Assembly: GCA_964016885.1 (NCBI GenBank)
Contig: OZ024742.1
Location: forward strand, 60,946,001 to 61,010,000
Direction of reading: 5' to 3'
Origin: Eledone cirrhosa
Taxonomy: Eukaryota
DNA length: 64,000 nt
Shown piece by piece: positions 44,990-57,620 of the stretch. A program made the position numbers and the translations under genes. The notes below the pieces were generated by a model that was not told where the DNA came from, did not search any database, and saw only the letters and a program-made list of their open reading frames with translations. Each line of letters opens with the position of its first letter. Position 1 is the first letter of the stretch.

Positions 44990-45897
44990 TGGTAAGGAAC
45001 TAGTTAGACTATAACGCACCAGAGTACTCAATAATTAGGTTAGTAGAGTGGGTAATAGTATAATGTTTAACCCCGACGGCAGAGCTTAAGCCCTTTTGAC
45101 GGCTATTTCTGGACTAAATTAAAATTTCTAGCGTGGTAAATAAATAGCCGAACTTTTGAAGGGGTAATTCCTTATATGGGAAGATTGTAGTTGTCAAAAG
45201 GATTGGTCAAATTTCCTTTAAACACCATTAAATATTTCATGGCAGAGGGTGGTGGTGGCTGAACTTGCCTGTAGAACAATGAGATATTTTTTATTAAATT
45301 TGTTTTATTAATTTTTACTAGCCAATTTTATAATTTTTTATTTATTTAGTATCTTCTAATCTCGATTTATTAACCTATTCTATAGCATTGACCGAAAACG
45401 CAATACTAACTCAATATAGCAGCTGTTTTAGACTCTAGATATTTTTTTAGTAATTTTTACTATCCAATTTATAATTTTATATATTTTTTTATTTATTTAT
45501 TATCTTCTAATCTCATTTTATTTACCTATTCTATAATGTCAGCTCTCTATTTTCACTAGAATCCTTTTTCGCGTGTTTCCTATCTAGACTTTGTCATACA
45601 CACTCCTTATAATTTGCTGTTTAGAATTCTCTTTCAACGCTTGACCGTCTCCACCCACTCCCTCATTGTTCTACAGGCAAGTTCAGCCACCCTACCTCCA
45701 ACCCTCTGCCATGAAAGATTTAATGGTGTTTACAAGAAATGTTGACTAATTGTTTTGACAACTACAATCTTCCCATATAAGGAATTACCCCTTGAAAAGT
45801 TCGGCTATTTATTTACCAAGCTAGACATTCTAATTTAGTCCAGAAATAGCCGTCGAAGCGGCTTGAGCTCTGCCGTCGGAGTTAAACATTTTCGAAT
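44990..45897. mobile_element. Inverted-arm element with full-length U3-A8 hammerhead consensus
   Basis: About 45062-45283 is inverted at about 45662-45890. acccc-TTGAAAA-cggctattt...aaatagccg-GAA(g)-cggc...gccg-TC-gg(a)gt at 45787-45882; GAAA and ggggt are intact in the copies at 32438 and 34351. Confidence 0.8.
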
Positions 45898-46369
45898 ATA
45901 TATATATATGTATATATGTATATATGTATATATGTATATATATGTGTGTGTGTGTGCGTGTGCGTGTGTGTGTCAAGAAGGAGAAAGCGAGTTATATATA
46001 TATATATAAGCCCCATAGACGTATATGTGTTGAGTGTGTTTATGCATGGGCGTGTGCATTACATTATTTTGGCAAAATAGGCAAATCGGTTAAACTCCGA
46101 CTGCGCAATTTATTATTCTGCTCTCGAAGGAATTTTTCTTTCAATATACTCGACTGAAATCGAATTTCTTCATAAATATAAATTATGGGGCTTGGACATG
46201 ATATTGTTTTAACTTATTTTTCTTATTTTTAAGGATTCTAAGATTACATCAAAACAAGTTTTTGTTTTTGTTTTGTCTTTTAACTTGTAACTCCTGTGTG
46301 TTTGTTAATATTTGCCTTACTCAGATCTATCTATTTATACATACTATGATTATTACTCATCTGTTGATT

Positions 46370-47225
46370 GAGGTGGGTTGACAGGATCGGTAGAGTGGTG
46401 GTGAAACTGTCGTAGCATTTAGTTACGGCACTTTACGTTCTGGGTTCAAATCTTGTTGGAGTCACTCGGTATAAATTGACGTATCCCCTTCTCCCTCAAA
46501 TTGTTAGCTCTGTGTCTGCTGTTTCCCTTAGTTAATGTCCATTCTTCTTCTTGAAGCTTTTTTCTAGAAAATGCCTGCCAAAACAAGAAAATTAAAAGTA
46601 TACTGAAAGTAGAAGTTTGGTTTTAATATGTAAGTATAATATTAAAAAAAACTTTGAAAGTTTATTTGTTGTTATGTGCTTTTAAAAGTACTTTTAGAAA
46701 TTAAAAAAATATATTGTTGTTATTAACACTACCTTGGTAGGACTTGAACCTAGAATGTAAAGAGTCGTAATTCCTTAAATTATTATGTCCGACTCACTAA
46801 TGATTTTTCCAGTACGCTGCCCTGCTGTTTGTTGTCCGTGAAGGGATTGATTTAATTCAATTTCTTCTCCCCTCAAAATACTGATCTTGTGCCTAAATGT
46901 GAAACCATTAATATTAACTAACATATAACTGGCACTCCGTCGGTTACAACGATGAATCTTCCAGTTGAGTCTGTCTTAGAATTAACGTACAAATGACCGA
47001 GCATTCTACAGACACCTGTACTCTTAAAGTAGTTCTCAGGGAGATTCAGTGTGATAAAAAATTTCACAAGGTTGGCATTTTCAATTAAGTGTACAACTCA
47101 TTTTGCCAGTTGAGTGAACTGAAGCAAACGGAAATAAAGTGTCTTGATACAACGCGCCGCCGAGAATCGAACTTACAATCTTACGGTCATTAGCGGAATA
47201 CCCTAACCACACTACACCACGGACT
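46370..47225. mobile_element. Decayed tRNA-derived SINEs (about 46370-46510 +, 46730-46810 -, 46925-47225 -)
   Basis: B-box-like gggttcaaatc and reverse gaatcgaac; 46925-47090 is homologous to about 52575-52710. Confidence 0.6.
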
Positions 47226-47819
47226 TCGTGAATCCAGTAATATTATACTAAACAAATTTAACATAGCATGTTGCTACTTAATCGAGTTATGTTCCATTCA
47301 TGTTCATAACTCTATTCTATTTAAAATTCTTTGAATTTCTCTCCGACAATTCATTATATGGTTATAATATGGATATAATATTAAAATGCCATAAAATACT
47401 GCCTCTATACCACCTCAATATACATCATTTAAATACGAGTATCGTAAGTACTTCAATACCCCATGAGGGACCCCTTGGCGTAAACCACATTAAGAATTCT
47501 TTGAATGTACAAACTGAGCAAGAATTTCTGATTAAGATGTAGATTTATTTGTAAATTATATATAATATTTTGCTTCCAGTTCAGTAATGATGAATAGTCA
47601 GTGATGGTCTAATTAATTAAAATTCTTCCGTTAATCTCATTAATTATTTATTGTTTTCTCTAATTAAATGGCTGGTGTATTAATGTAAGCTAGTTCACAA
47701 ATATCCTTGGACGTTGTTCCTTGAGCTACTAAATTAGTAGCCTAATCATTTTCGAATCACATTCCATCATTTTCAAAATAGTTGGACACAAGTTACATTT
47801 TTTCATTACTTAGAAAAAA

Positions 47820-48040
47820 ACAGTGGTTAGTGTGTTGCACATATAATCATGATGTGGGTTCGATTTCTAGACCTGGTTGAGTGTTGTGATAATTAGAAAA
47901 ATACTTCGTTTTACGTACCCTAATATATTCAGCTGAAATGAGCACCAGCAGTAGCTGGGGTTTAACCCGGCGATGGACTGGCATATCTCAGTCGCTTTAT
48001 GTCACGAAAGCCATGAAGAGCACTGGTTTAATGAGTCTTA
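47820..48040 (+). mobile_element. tRNA-derived (CORE-like) SINE, decayed
   Basis: A-box-like agtggttag, B-box gggttcgatt, downstream aacccggcgatggactggcat. Confidence 0.55.
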
Positions 48041-48354
48041 CGAGTTGAGACAAAATTTAGACTTTAGACTAGTTAAGAAGAAAGACAAAGTGAGAGGATC
48101 TAGTTCATGATTATTTTCCTTCTGCGAAAACATTCGCAAATTATGCAAACACGCAAAAAACGCACAGCTGATTTTGGTGGTTTTCATCTCCACACAGTCA
48201 TCTCGCTTTCATCCCCTATTCCACCATTATAATAGGCAAAAAGACTTATTCATATACTTGTAACATGACGAGGAAGCTTAATCAAGCTATAACTTTTGAT
48301 CTAATTTTCATAAATAACACCACTCCCCACATTTAGGTGTGTGTATATATATAA

Positions 48355-48388
<34 letters not shown>

Positions 48389-48404
48389 ATATATATATAT
48401 ATGA

Positions 48405-48899
48405 GTACGTGGCTCTGATGAACGCCAAACAGACTGTCTGCTTCTCTCCCTTCATTCGCCGAAAAGACTTAAGTGACATAGTCATTACTTTAAAACTGAT
48501 AGCGTATGGTCTTCTAAATGTTTTTAATTAAACATACGGTATAATACAAAATATACTATACATCGCTATTTCGGAGCATCAATCCTAATACACAATTTTT
48601 CCTGGACCGGCAATCACTCTGTATAATCAGCTACTGATTATTACTGGAATTCTATAAGAATCCAGCTTCTATAATTTTCGGCAAAAGCATGGGATTGTGT
48701 CTCTCTGATGAACGCCAACCAGCGTGAAACAGACTGTCAGCATCTCTCCCTTCTTTCGCAGAAAAATATAATGGGCATAGTCACTACTTTAAAACTGATA
48801 GCGTATGGTCTTCTAAATGTTTTTAATTAAACATACGGTATAATACCAAATATACTATACATACATTCATGTATTCATCGCTATTTCAGAGCACCAATC

Positions 48900-48900
<1 letters not shown>
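48405..48900 (+). repeat. ~290-300-bp retrozyme-like repeat, ~1.7 tandem copies
   Basis: CTGATGA at 48415 and 48705; second HHR complete: acgc/gcgt stem II, GAAA, ACAG-a-CTGT, GUC; shares boxes with the 310- and 316-bp units. Confidence 0.85.
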
Positions 48901-48979
<79 letters not shown>

Positions 48980-49783
48980 TAAACGTTTCAGTACAAGCAA
49001 AAGAAAAGACCAATAATCTCTCATAATGTGGAAGTTGAGAATATTTATTTTAACGGTTTGAATATTTCTCCCATTACCAAAACGTTTTGGTAGTAATATA
49101 TATATTAACTTTTTTATGCGATCTAAATACATAGGTATATATGTTTGTGTGCATCTAATATGTGTATACTGTATATATCCATTTATGAGAAGACGGCTGC
49201 TTTTGGTGGGGAAATATATATTATTAATTGCAATGCCAATACAGATATAAATCTTCTCATTTAACCATAGCCATTTTCGTATTGTTTTTCCTTACAATTT
49301 TAAACTTTTCAAACGACAATATTTATATTGAATTTTATCATACGAAGTATCACATTTTTCATGACTGTCGTATCAATGAAGGATTCAACTCATATCACAT
49401 TTATGAACCTACATATCTTTTCTTTTTCTTTTCACTGTATTAATAGCTTGTAGTATTTTCCAGGATCAAATGAAGGAAGGAAGGAAAAATACAAGCTATA
49501 ATACATAATTGTTATCCAATATTCAGAGAGCGATATTTAACTTACATTGGCAGAAATATTAAGTGGACATTTTCAACCTAGTGGAACCCATCCCCCTCCA
49601 AATATGGACACAGCCGATTTCCAGCGAGCTTAAATAAAATAATAAAATGTCTTATGTAGTTGTTTAGACCACAGAGTGAATTCGAAACAGTATCTATAAC
49701 TCTGTAGAAAATCTTATATACCAAATCAATTCCTATTTCCTAACAATGGTTAGAATTCGAGAATGTAGCGATTGATAGAGTAA

Positions 49784-50613
49784 TCTATATATTAATTTCA
49801 ACAATGTCAGTATTCCGTGTGTCATAATTCTCGATTATCATTGGTTCATAGGTTTCAAACGACTCCGCCCACCTCAACGACGCCAAGCTTAAATTAATAT
49901 GCATAATGCCAATGAGGGAGTGAGAGGGGAGAGTAAGAATCAGATAGGCAAAGTGAACGCTGTAGATATTACCATGTGTGCGTGTGTATGTACGTGCGCG
50001 TATGTTTATGTGTGTGTGCGTGCGTGCAGCGTTCCACAGAAAGTAAAAGCAATTCGACTTTATCAAACCGTGAACTACAGCGGCGACGGCGTGCAGCCAA
50101 GAATGAAGAAAAACGGGCCGAACCGCGCCATCGGAACGCCGAACTTCAGAGGCGAAGACGTGCCGCCATGAATGAAGAGGAGCTGACTGAACAACGCCAA
50201 CGAAACACTGGAACCAAGCAGCGACGGCGTGCTGCGATGGTTGAAAATGAACTGGCTGAGCATCATCTTTTATATTAATTATCTATATCTATATCTACAT
50301 ATAATATAAAAGATTGGAACTTCCATCATCCTTTTGAGAAACATGGAACAACCACTTCTATGCAATGATACACGTTTCGTCTCCTAGAGGTCACTATTCT
50401 AGGTGGGAGCACCTAGAATTGTTCATATGCACAAACGGTACAACGAAAAAACTGGTATATCTGGAAGATTTTTTTTACTGTTTTTTGTATCGCACATACA
50501 CCACGGACTCGCCTCATACTGTAACCAGACAAACATCCAATACAGTCATTTTTTCTTTTGCCTGTCTTCTCTTATCATCTGTTTATCTGGGCGAAGCTGG
50601 GTACGACAGCTAG
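49784..50613 (+). mobile_element. Non-autonomous, internally deleted Helitron
   Basis: A|TCTATAT start; 3' gggcgaagctggg hairpin remnant then CTAG|T; ELQRRRRAA repeats and a helicase C-terminal remnant (SRVGAP...NGTTKKLVY). Confidence 0.75.
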
Positions 50614-51279
50614 TATGAGTCAATGTCAACTTTTCCTTTCCTCCATCGTTGAGGTGATTTTGATAAAATAATATACCAATCCAATAATGAAATCCGTTTA
50701 AACGACGATATCCAACCCATCCAAAATATATGACCGTGTGATTTAAAAACGAAAGGCCTGAAATTTGGTAGTTCGATTTTCTAATAATTCTTCCAATCAG
50801 CCGCGCTCACTATTATAATGATTAATGATGTATAACTGAATGATGAATTCAGTAAGTTTGTAGGAAGAATATAAATGGCTGAAATACACCAGAGAATTTG
50901 ATTGCTCCTCTTTTTATCAAACACTGAAGTATCAATGTTAAAGTGGATATCAGTGAGGTTTCAAATGTGTAGATGCATTACATTTTCTCACCACTTAGTC
51001 AGGAAAGGGCAGCACATATGATCTATTATTTATTCAGCTCCTCCAGAATTTGTGGGAAAAAGGTAGGAAGACACCTTCAACTCAAAACTTGTTCCAAATG
51101 CATGTGAGGAAGTAAACTCCGCTAAAGTTAACCATTGTGCAATTGGGTGAAGTTAAATCAAGGACTGATTATATTGACTACTCCAACTATCAACGCACAT
51201 GGGGCCGTAATAAACAATGCAAGTCATCTCGTCGGCCCTACTAACAATTACACCAGCCAACTGCCCTGAACACCATCTT

Positions 51280-51410
51280 TATTTTATCACCAGCGATTGG
51301 ACGAAAGGCAAAATCAACAGCGAAGTGATTTGAACTCACAATGTAGCAAACCGTTACAAATCCCTCAAGCCCCCTACGTTGAATCCCCTCTGCCATTTTG
51401 CCGCTAAATA
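51280..51410 (-). mobile_element. Decayed tRNA-derived SINE
   Basis: attttatc...gaaaggcaaa...atttgaactc, same family as 15325-15870. Confidence 0.6.
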
Positions 51411-51743
51411 AATCCGGCAAAACACGAAGTCCGACCATCTACCTATTTGTCCATCCACCACACTATATTATACGTTTAATGAATAAAGCAAAGAATATAA
51501 TTATGCTTTACTTTAAATTTGTTTTGCATAATTAATATCGACCATAATTCTGCTATTGGACTAATGTAAGTTAAATATATCCTTCGGAATATTGGATGGC
51601 AATGTTGGTATCAAACACATCACAGGGGGTTCCACATGAATGAGCTATAAGATAGGATCTATTTCATGTTCTTATCCCTGTCTACTAGATACTAGTTACT
51701 ATTCATTAAAATATATTTTGTTGAAGCTTAGGTTATATACATA

Positions 51744-51790
<47 letters not shown>

Positions 51791-52001
51791 TACATACATA
51801 TATACATACATATATATATGTGTGTGTGCGTGTGTGTGTGTTGTTTTCTTTGTGTTTTATCCAGGCACATATATATACGCAGTATTATATGGATGCATAA
51901 ATACATTTCTATTATAATATATATTAATTTTATTTATATATGCATATAATCGCTCACGTATATATTTGCTTAATATATATATATATATATAATTATTTCA
52001 G

Positions 52002-52071
<70 letters not shown>

Positions 52072-53302
52072 AAGCAAGAAATATGTTTTGTCTTTAATGA
52101 AACACTAACACCATCGACATCATTTGAAACCGTACAAGACTATAATGGGAAGAGTTATGTTTGTTGTATTTTTGTTTGTTTGATAGTTAAAGTAGATCAT
52201 GGTGCGAAGCCGAGATTAAGTGTGAGGACTGGGTGTCTTAGTACATTGTATGGTATATATACATTCAAATATATTACTCGACTCTGACTCAAGTGAAAGA
52301 CTAAATCCTGTAGTATAATAGTAGTGTGGTAGTGTTCAGATGGTGACATTGATAAATGGCGCTAGACAATATTGACCACGAAACATATTAAAATAAAATT
52401 ATTACAGGTCAGTCGGCCAAAGTGAATCTATACATATTTTCGAATATCGATCGTGAGACGCGAGACCAATGATGGACGGTAGCCATTTAATATAGAGAGA
52501 CAAATTGACAAATTGCCTGTTACAATTGTAACTTGTAAGTCATATTAGAGTTTATATACAACTAAGAAATATAAACTGACCATCGTCGGTTTCAACGATG
52601 AGTGTTCAAATATTTCAATAAATGGAACAGGTTGCTCCTTAAAACTTACGTATAAGAGAGATTCAGCGTGACATGTGAGAAGTCTGCTCCTTTGAATTAC
52701 AGGTGCAATCTAATCAATGGACTTCTACACAATTTCCGTCTCCCCCTTATTGGTCCACAAGGCTTCAGTCGACCAGAGTATTGTTAAATAAGTCTTGCCA
52801 AAGATTCCACACAACCGGATCCAACGATCCAAAATCCGTAGTCCCTTGGGTATGTCTATACACTGGTTCACTGCAAGTTAACACCAGAATTTCTCTACAT
52901 CGTGTATGTAAAATATATTTGAGGGGATAATTCTTAATTTCTCGTAATTAAGAATTACTGTTGAGAGGTAAATTAACATCTGCAAAAAGAAGCTTCGCAA
53001 AGTGAACTTAACTCGCCATTCTCCGAAATAATGCATTCAACATTTTTCATGCCAGTACCATAAAACATTTACATGGCGCCATGTGATCTCCTTTGTGTTT
53101 GGGGTAAAGGTAATGAACATTTCTACATTACGCTAATAGAAATTGAAAACATTTTTTTTAAATATTACATGCATGATTGTGTAGTACAGAAGTTTGCTGC
53201 GAAACACGTGGTCTGTGTCTTCTAATATAGCCTCGGGTAAACCAATGTATTGGGAGTCGAATTTGAGAGAGGAAAACTTTTCATATATATGTATATATAT
53301 AA

Positions 53303-53392
<90 letters not shown>

Positions 53393-54044
53393 GTGTGCGT
53401 GTGTGTATTTGTATGTATATAACTTTTGGTTACACATATCTTCATAAATATCCCCAAATATTATGCATAACTAACGGACCGATCTTATAATTGACGCAAT
53501 TGAAACCTTAAAGAATTGGTTTTGCGGTTAATACAATCGACCAATTAATTCAATAAATTGTGAGTATCATTGTATCACTGCAACTATGTAAGAATATAAT
53601 TGCATTTATAACACTAGACTGCTCAATCAAATGTAAAACGATGAAGTATATATCTAGTGTTAGGCGATATGTGTTCTTTAAGCAATCTACATTCAGCTAC
53701 TTTATATATGATGGCAATTATAATAAGAGAATAATGCATTTGGACAAAATCTTGATGCCCTGTAAGTTTCACGTATTTCTATTTGAGTGTCAGAGTTTCT
53801 ATTGTTTATGTAACATAGCTGCATGTGTATGTATGAATGTATCGTATTATTGGTGTGTTTTTGTATTTTTATTTAAGTGGACAAAAGCAATTTATGTGCA
53901 GTGACGTATGCTAATAAATAGAAAATTGTATGTATTTATATATATATATATGATGCACACAGACGCATATGGACACGGGCAAACGCATATATATATATAT
54001 TTGTGAGGGGGGGGGGGGGCTGCGTGTGTATATATATATATACA

Positions 54045-54080
<36 letters not shown>

Positions 54081-54087
54081 CATACAT

Positions 54088-54154
54088 GATGGCTGCCCCC
54101 TCGTTATCGAGTATGGCCATTGCACGAGAAAAAAAAATATATATATATACACAC

Positions 54155-54185
<31 letters not shown>

Positions 54186-57130
54186 CATATATATTGATAA
54201 CAATAATAATAATAATAATAACAATAATAATAACGACAACAACAACAATAATAATATACATATATATATACACACACACGCACACACATAAACATATCTA
54301 TACACACACACACACGACAGCAACTAACAGCGCTGGGATCGAATGTGGCTTTTTAGCCCAGCCAATGATCTAAAATGTCTTGCACAGAGTCGGCAACCAA
54401 AACATTCACTGGGAATAGCCGGCTGTGGTTGGAGTTCATGTACTTTTGCATGTCGCTTGAACCCTCCTGCTGATTTACATTCTCTACCACATGCTTGGCA
54501 AGCATGATAAGTAGCATCTCAAACAGCATCCTGGTAGTCAACCACTGGTCTTACTTTATGACTGCGAAGATGACTTTCGAGTCCAGCTTTGCTTAGGCAG
54601 AGTCTCGCACAGACGCTGGATGTCAGCACCATAGGAGGACCCTCTCCGTCTGGAAGTGCAACAGCAATGCCCTTCCTCACATCCCGCTTTACTTTCTCGT
54701 ATGTGATTCGAGATCCCTCAAAGGTAACTTTTCCCTCATATACAGTCTTTCTCCATTATATTACGATCAGCAGCAATATTTTCCTATGTATCAGCAGAGA
54801 TGTTAGCGTCTTTCAAAGAGGCTTTCAAGGAATTCTTATACCTCTCTTTTGGTTTATGTGGTGGTCGTTTTCCTTTAACTAAATATCAATAAAAGAGTTG
54901 TTTTGGTATTCCAGAATCCTTCATCCTGGCAAGGTGACCAGTCCAACGGAGCCGTTGCTTAAGCACAAGAGCTTCTATACTGCCACACATAGTGCTTTCC
55001 AAAATATCGATATCACTGATGTGGTCCCTCCAGTGGACGCCATGGATCCGTCTGAGACACATCTGATGGAAACGTTCCAATTGCTTAAGGTGGTGTCGAT
55101 ATGTGACCCAGTTCTCGCAGGCATAAAGAAGAGAAGAGAGCCACACATGCCTTGTACACCTTTACCTTTATCTTCTTGCATATGTCTCGTCGACCCCAGA
55201 GTCGCCTTTCTAGCTTTCCGAAAGCATCACTTGCTTTCCTAATCCTGAGTGAGATTTCACTATCATGGTTGCTGTATCGATTGACAGTGCTTCCCAGGTA
55301 GACAAACTGATCAACTACTCCATGTCGTTTACCATAAACATAGATATTTGGTTCACTGTACTGCCTACCAGGGGCAGGTTGGTACATGACGATGGTTTTC
55401 TTGAGACTGACAGTCAATCCTAGGGCAGTGCAAGCGTCAGAAAATGCATTCAAAATGTGCTGCATATCACTCTGTGTGCGCTACAAAATCACAATCATCT
55501 GCATACAAGAGGTCTCTTATGATTGATGTAAATACTTTTGTTTGTGCAGCAAAGCGCCTGATGTTAAATATGCTTCCTGAGGTTCGATATCGGATGTAAA
55601 CACCATGCTCGCAATTCCTGAATGCAATGCATAAAACCATTGCAAAGTATATAGCAAACAGGGTCGGTGCTGGAATATGCCCCTGTTTTACTCCATTTTT
55701 TACTGAGATAGGCTCCGACATGTTACCTCCGACATTAACCCAAGCCTTCATGTCGTCATGGAAAGACCTAACTAAAGCAAGGAACTTATCAGGGCAACCA
55801 AGTTTCTGGAGAACCTTCCATAATGCATTTCTGTTAACAGTATCTAAAGCTTTTGTCAGATCGACAAAAACCTGACACAGATCCAAAGCTTGTTCCATGC
55901 ACTTCTCCTGGAGCTGTCTATCTGAGAAGATCATATCAGTAGTGCCGCGTCCAGCACGAAAACCAGATTGACTTTCAGGAAGAACACAATCTGCAATGTG
56001 TGTCAGCAGACGGTCCAGAAGCCCCCTACATAAAACTTTCCCTACGACAGAAAGCAATGACATACCTCTGTAGTTCCCACAATCATTCCTGTTACCCTTT
56101 CCCTTGTACAAGACCACCATTACTGCATCTCTCCAGTCCTCAGGTACGGATTCATTAGCCCATATCCTGCCAAACAAAGAGTGAAGATGTTGCAGGAGTC
56201 TCTCACCACCATATTGTAGGAGCTCAGCATGTATGCCATCCATACCTGGAGACGTTCCACTGTTCAGCTTTGAGATAGCCACTGCAACCTCCACAAACGT
56301 CGCAGATTCTGCGAGAGCTACTTTCACAGGACTTTCTGGAATGAGATTGAGGAAATCTTCACTGACGACAGACGACTGATTCAAAAGATCATCAACCTGC
56401 TCTCGCCACCTTCTTAGAATTCCTTGTGAGTCACGAAGAAGTTCTTTGCCATCCTTGCTGCGAAGCGGTGTCACCAGAGAAGAAGACGGTCCATAAACCT
56501 CACGCAAGATACTGTACAAAAGCTTTGTGTTATTGGAATCTGACGCAGTTTGTATCTCACCAGCCTTCTCACTTCGCCACTGATCCTTCATCTGAGAAAG
56601 ACTCCGCCTAACACGTGATTTTACATCCTTGAGTTCCTCATATAACGTATTCCTCTCCTGTGGTTTTGCCGTCAAGTAGCGTAACAGAGCACGCCTCTTA
56701 TCAGCCAACAAGTCTTCTATATGTACATCATTCTCATTAAACCAGTCCTGATGTTTTCTCTGCACCAATCCTAGAACACGCCTGCCTACATCATAAACCG
56801 ACTTTTTAAGGGTCGGCCAATCCTCACCAAGATCTGTAACCTGCATCTCTTCTTGCAATGTCCTCTTCACATTTTTATCCTTAAGACGAGCAGCATTCAA
56901 TCTTTTGGGTAGGGCAACACCAGGAGCCCGGATTTTAGGTTTAGTGATTAGTTTCACAAAATTCTGTAAGTTGACCATCTCCAGCTAACCTTGTCTCAGA
57001 TAAAGCCACGATGTAAAGATCGTAACGTCGAAGCTCCTTTGCAACAAGAGCGGTCCTTCGTTCAGGGCGCTCCAAGGAATCCCTGTCAAATACGTTCCAG
57101 CAGCCAAGACTAAATGCCTTGTTTGGCTCT
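54088..57130 (-). mobile_element. RTE-clade non-LTR retrotransposon, APE domain mostly deleted, frameshifted
   Basis: WNV...RPERRTALVAKELRRY...ALSETR; HQDWF; CGNYRGMSLLS; PESQSGFR; GVKQG...APTLF; LLYADD; FVYLGS; LLYACENW; RLRWTGH; three C-terminal C2H2-like fingers; microsatellite in the 3' UTR. Confidence 0.93.
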
Positions 57131-57303
57131 ATTACTATGGCAAGATGACGAGCGGGCCCATGCTGTGATAACCTGGGGCCCCTGCCCTTATTGCCAATTA
57201 TCTCTTTTTTTGTTCCAGAACCTAAATTGCCAATTATCTCTTTTATATTGTTCCGGAACATCATTGAATTGGGGAAAAAAAAAAAAAGTAATAATAATAG
57301 TAA

Positions 57304-57360
<57 letters not shown>

Positions 57361-57620
57361 TTTCTTTATTAACCACAAGGGTTTACATAAAGTAGACATT
57401 AAGGACAGTGCAGGACAATGCAGGACGGTACAAATGGGCATTTCTGCGTGTAAAAAATCAAAAACAGAGGATGTAACAAAAATAACAATGAAAATAACAA
57501 TGAAAAATTCCCCAATAGGGGGGAGACTTCGGAGGGACATTTGTGGAGAAAGCCCAGTAAAAAGCCACAATGACCCTGACCACCAAGGCAAGTGCCCTCT
57601 CCCAGTTTTCCACCTTTAGT

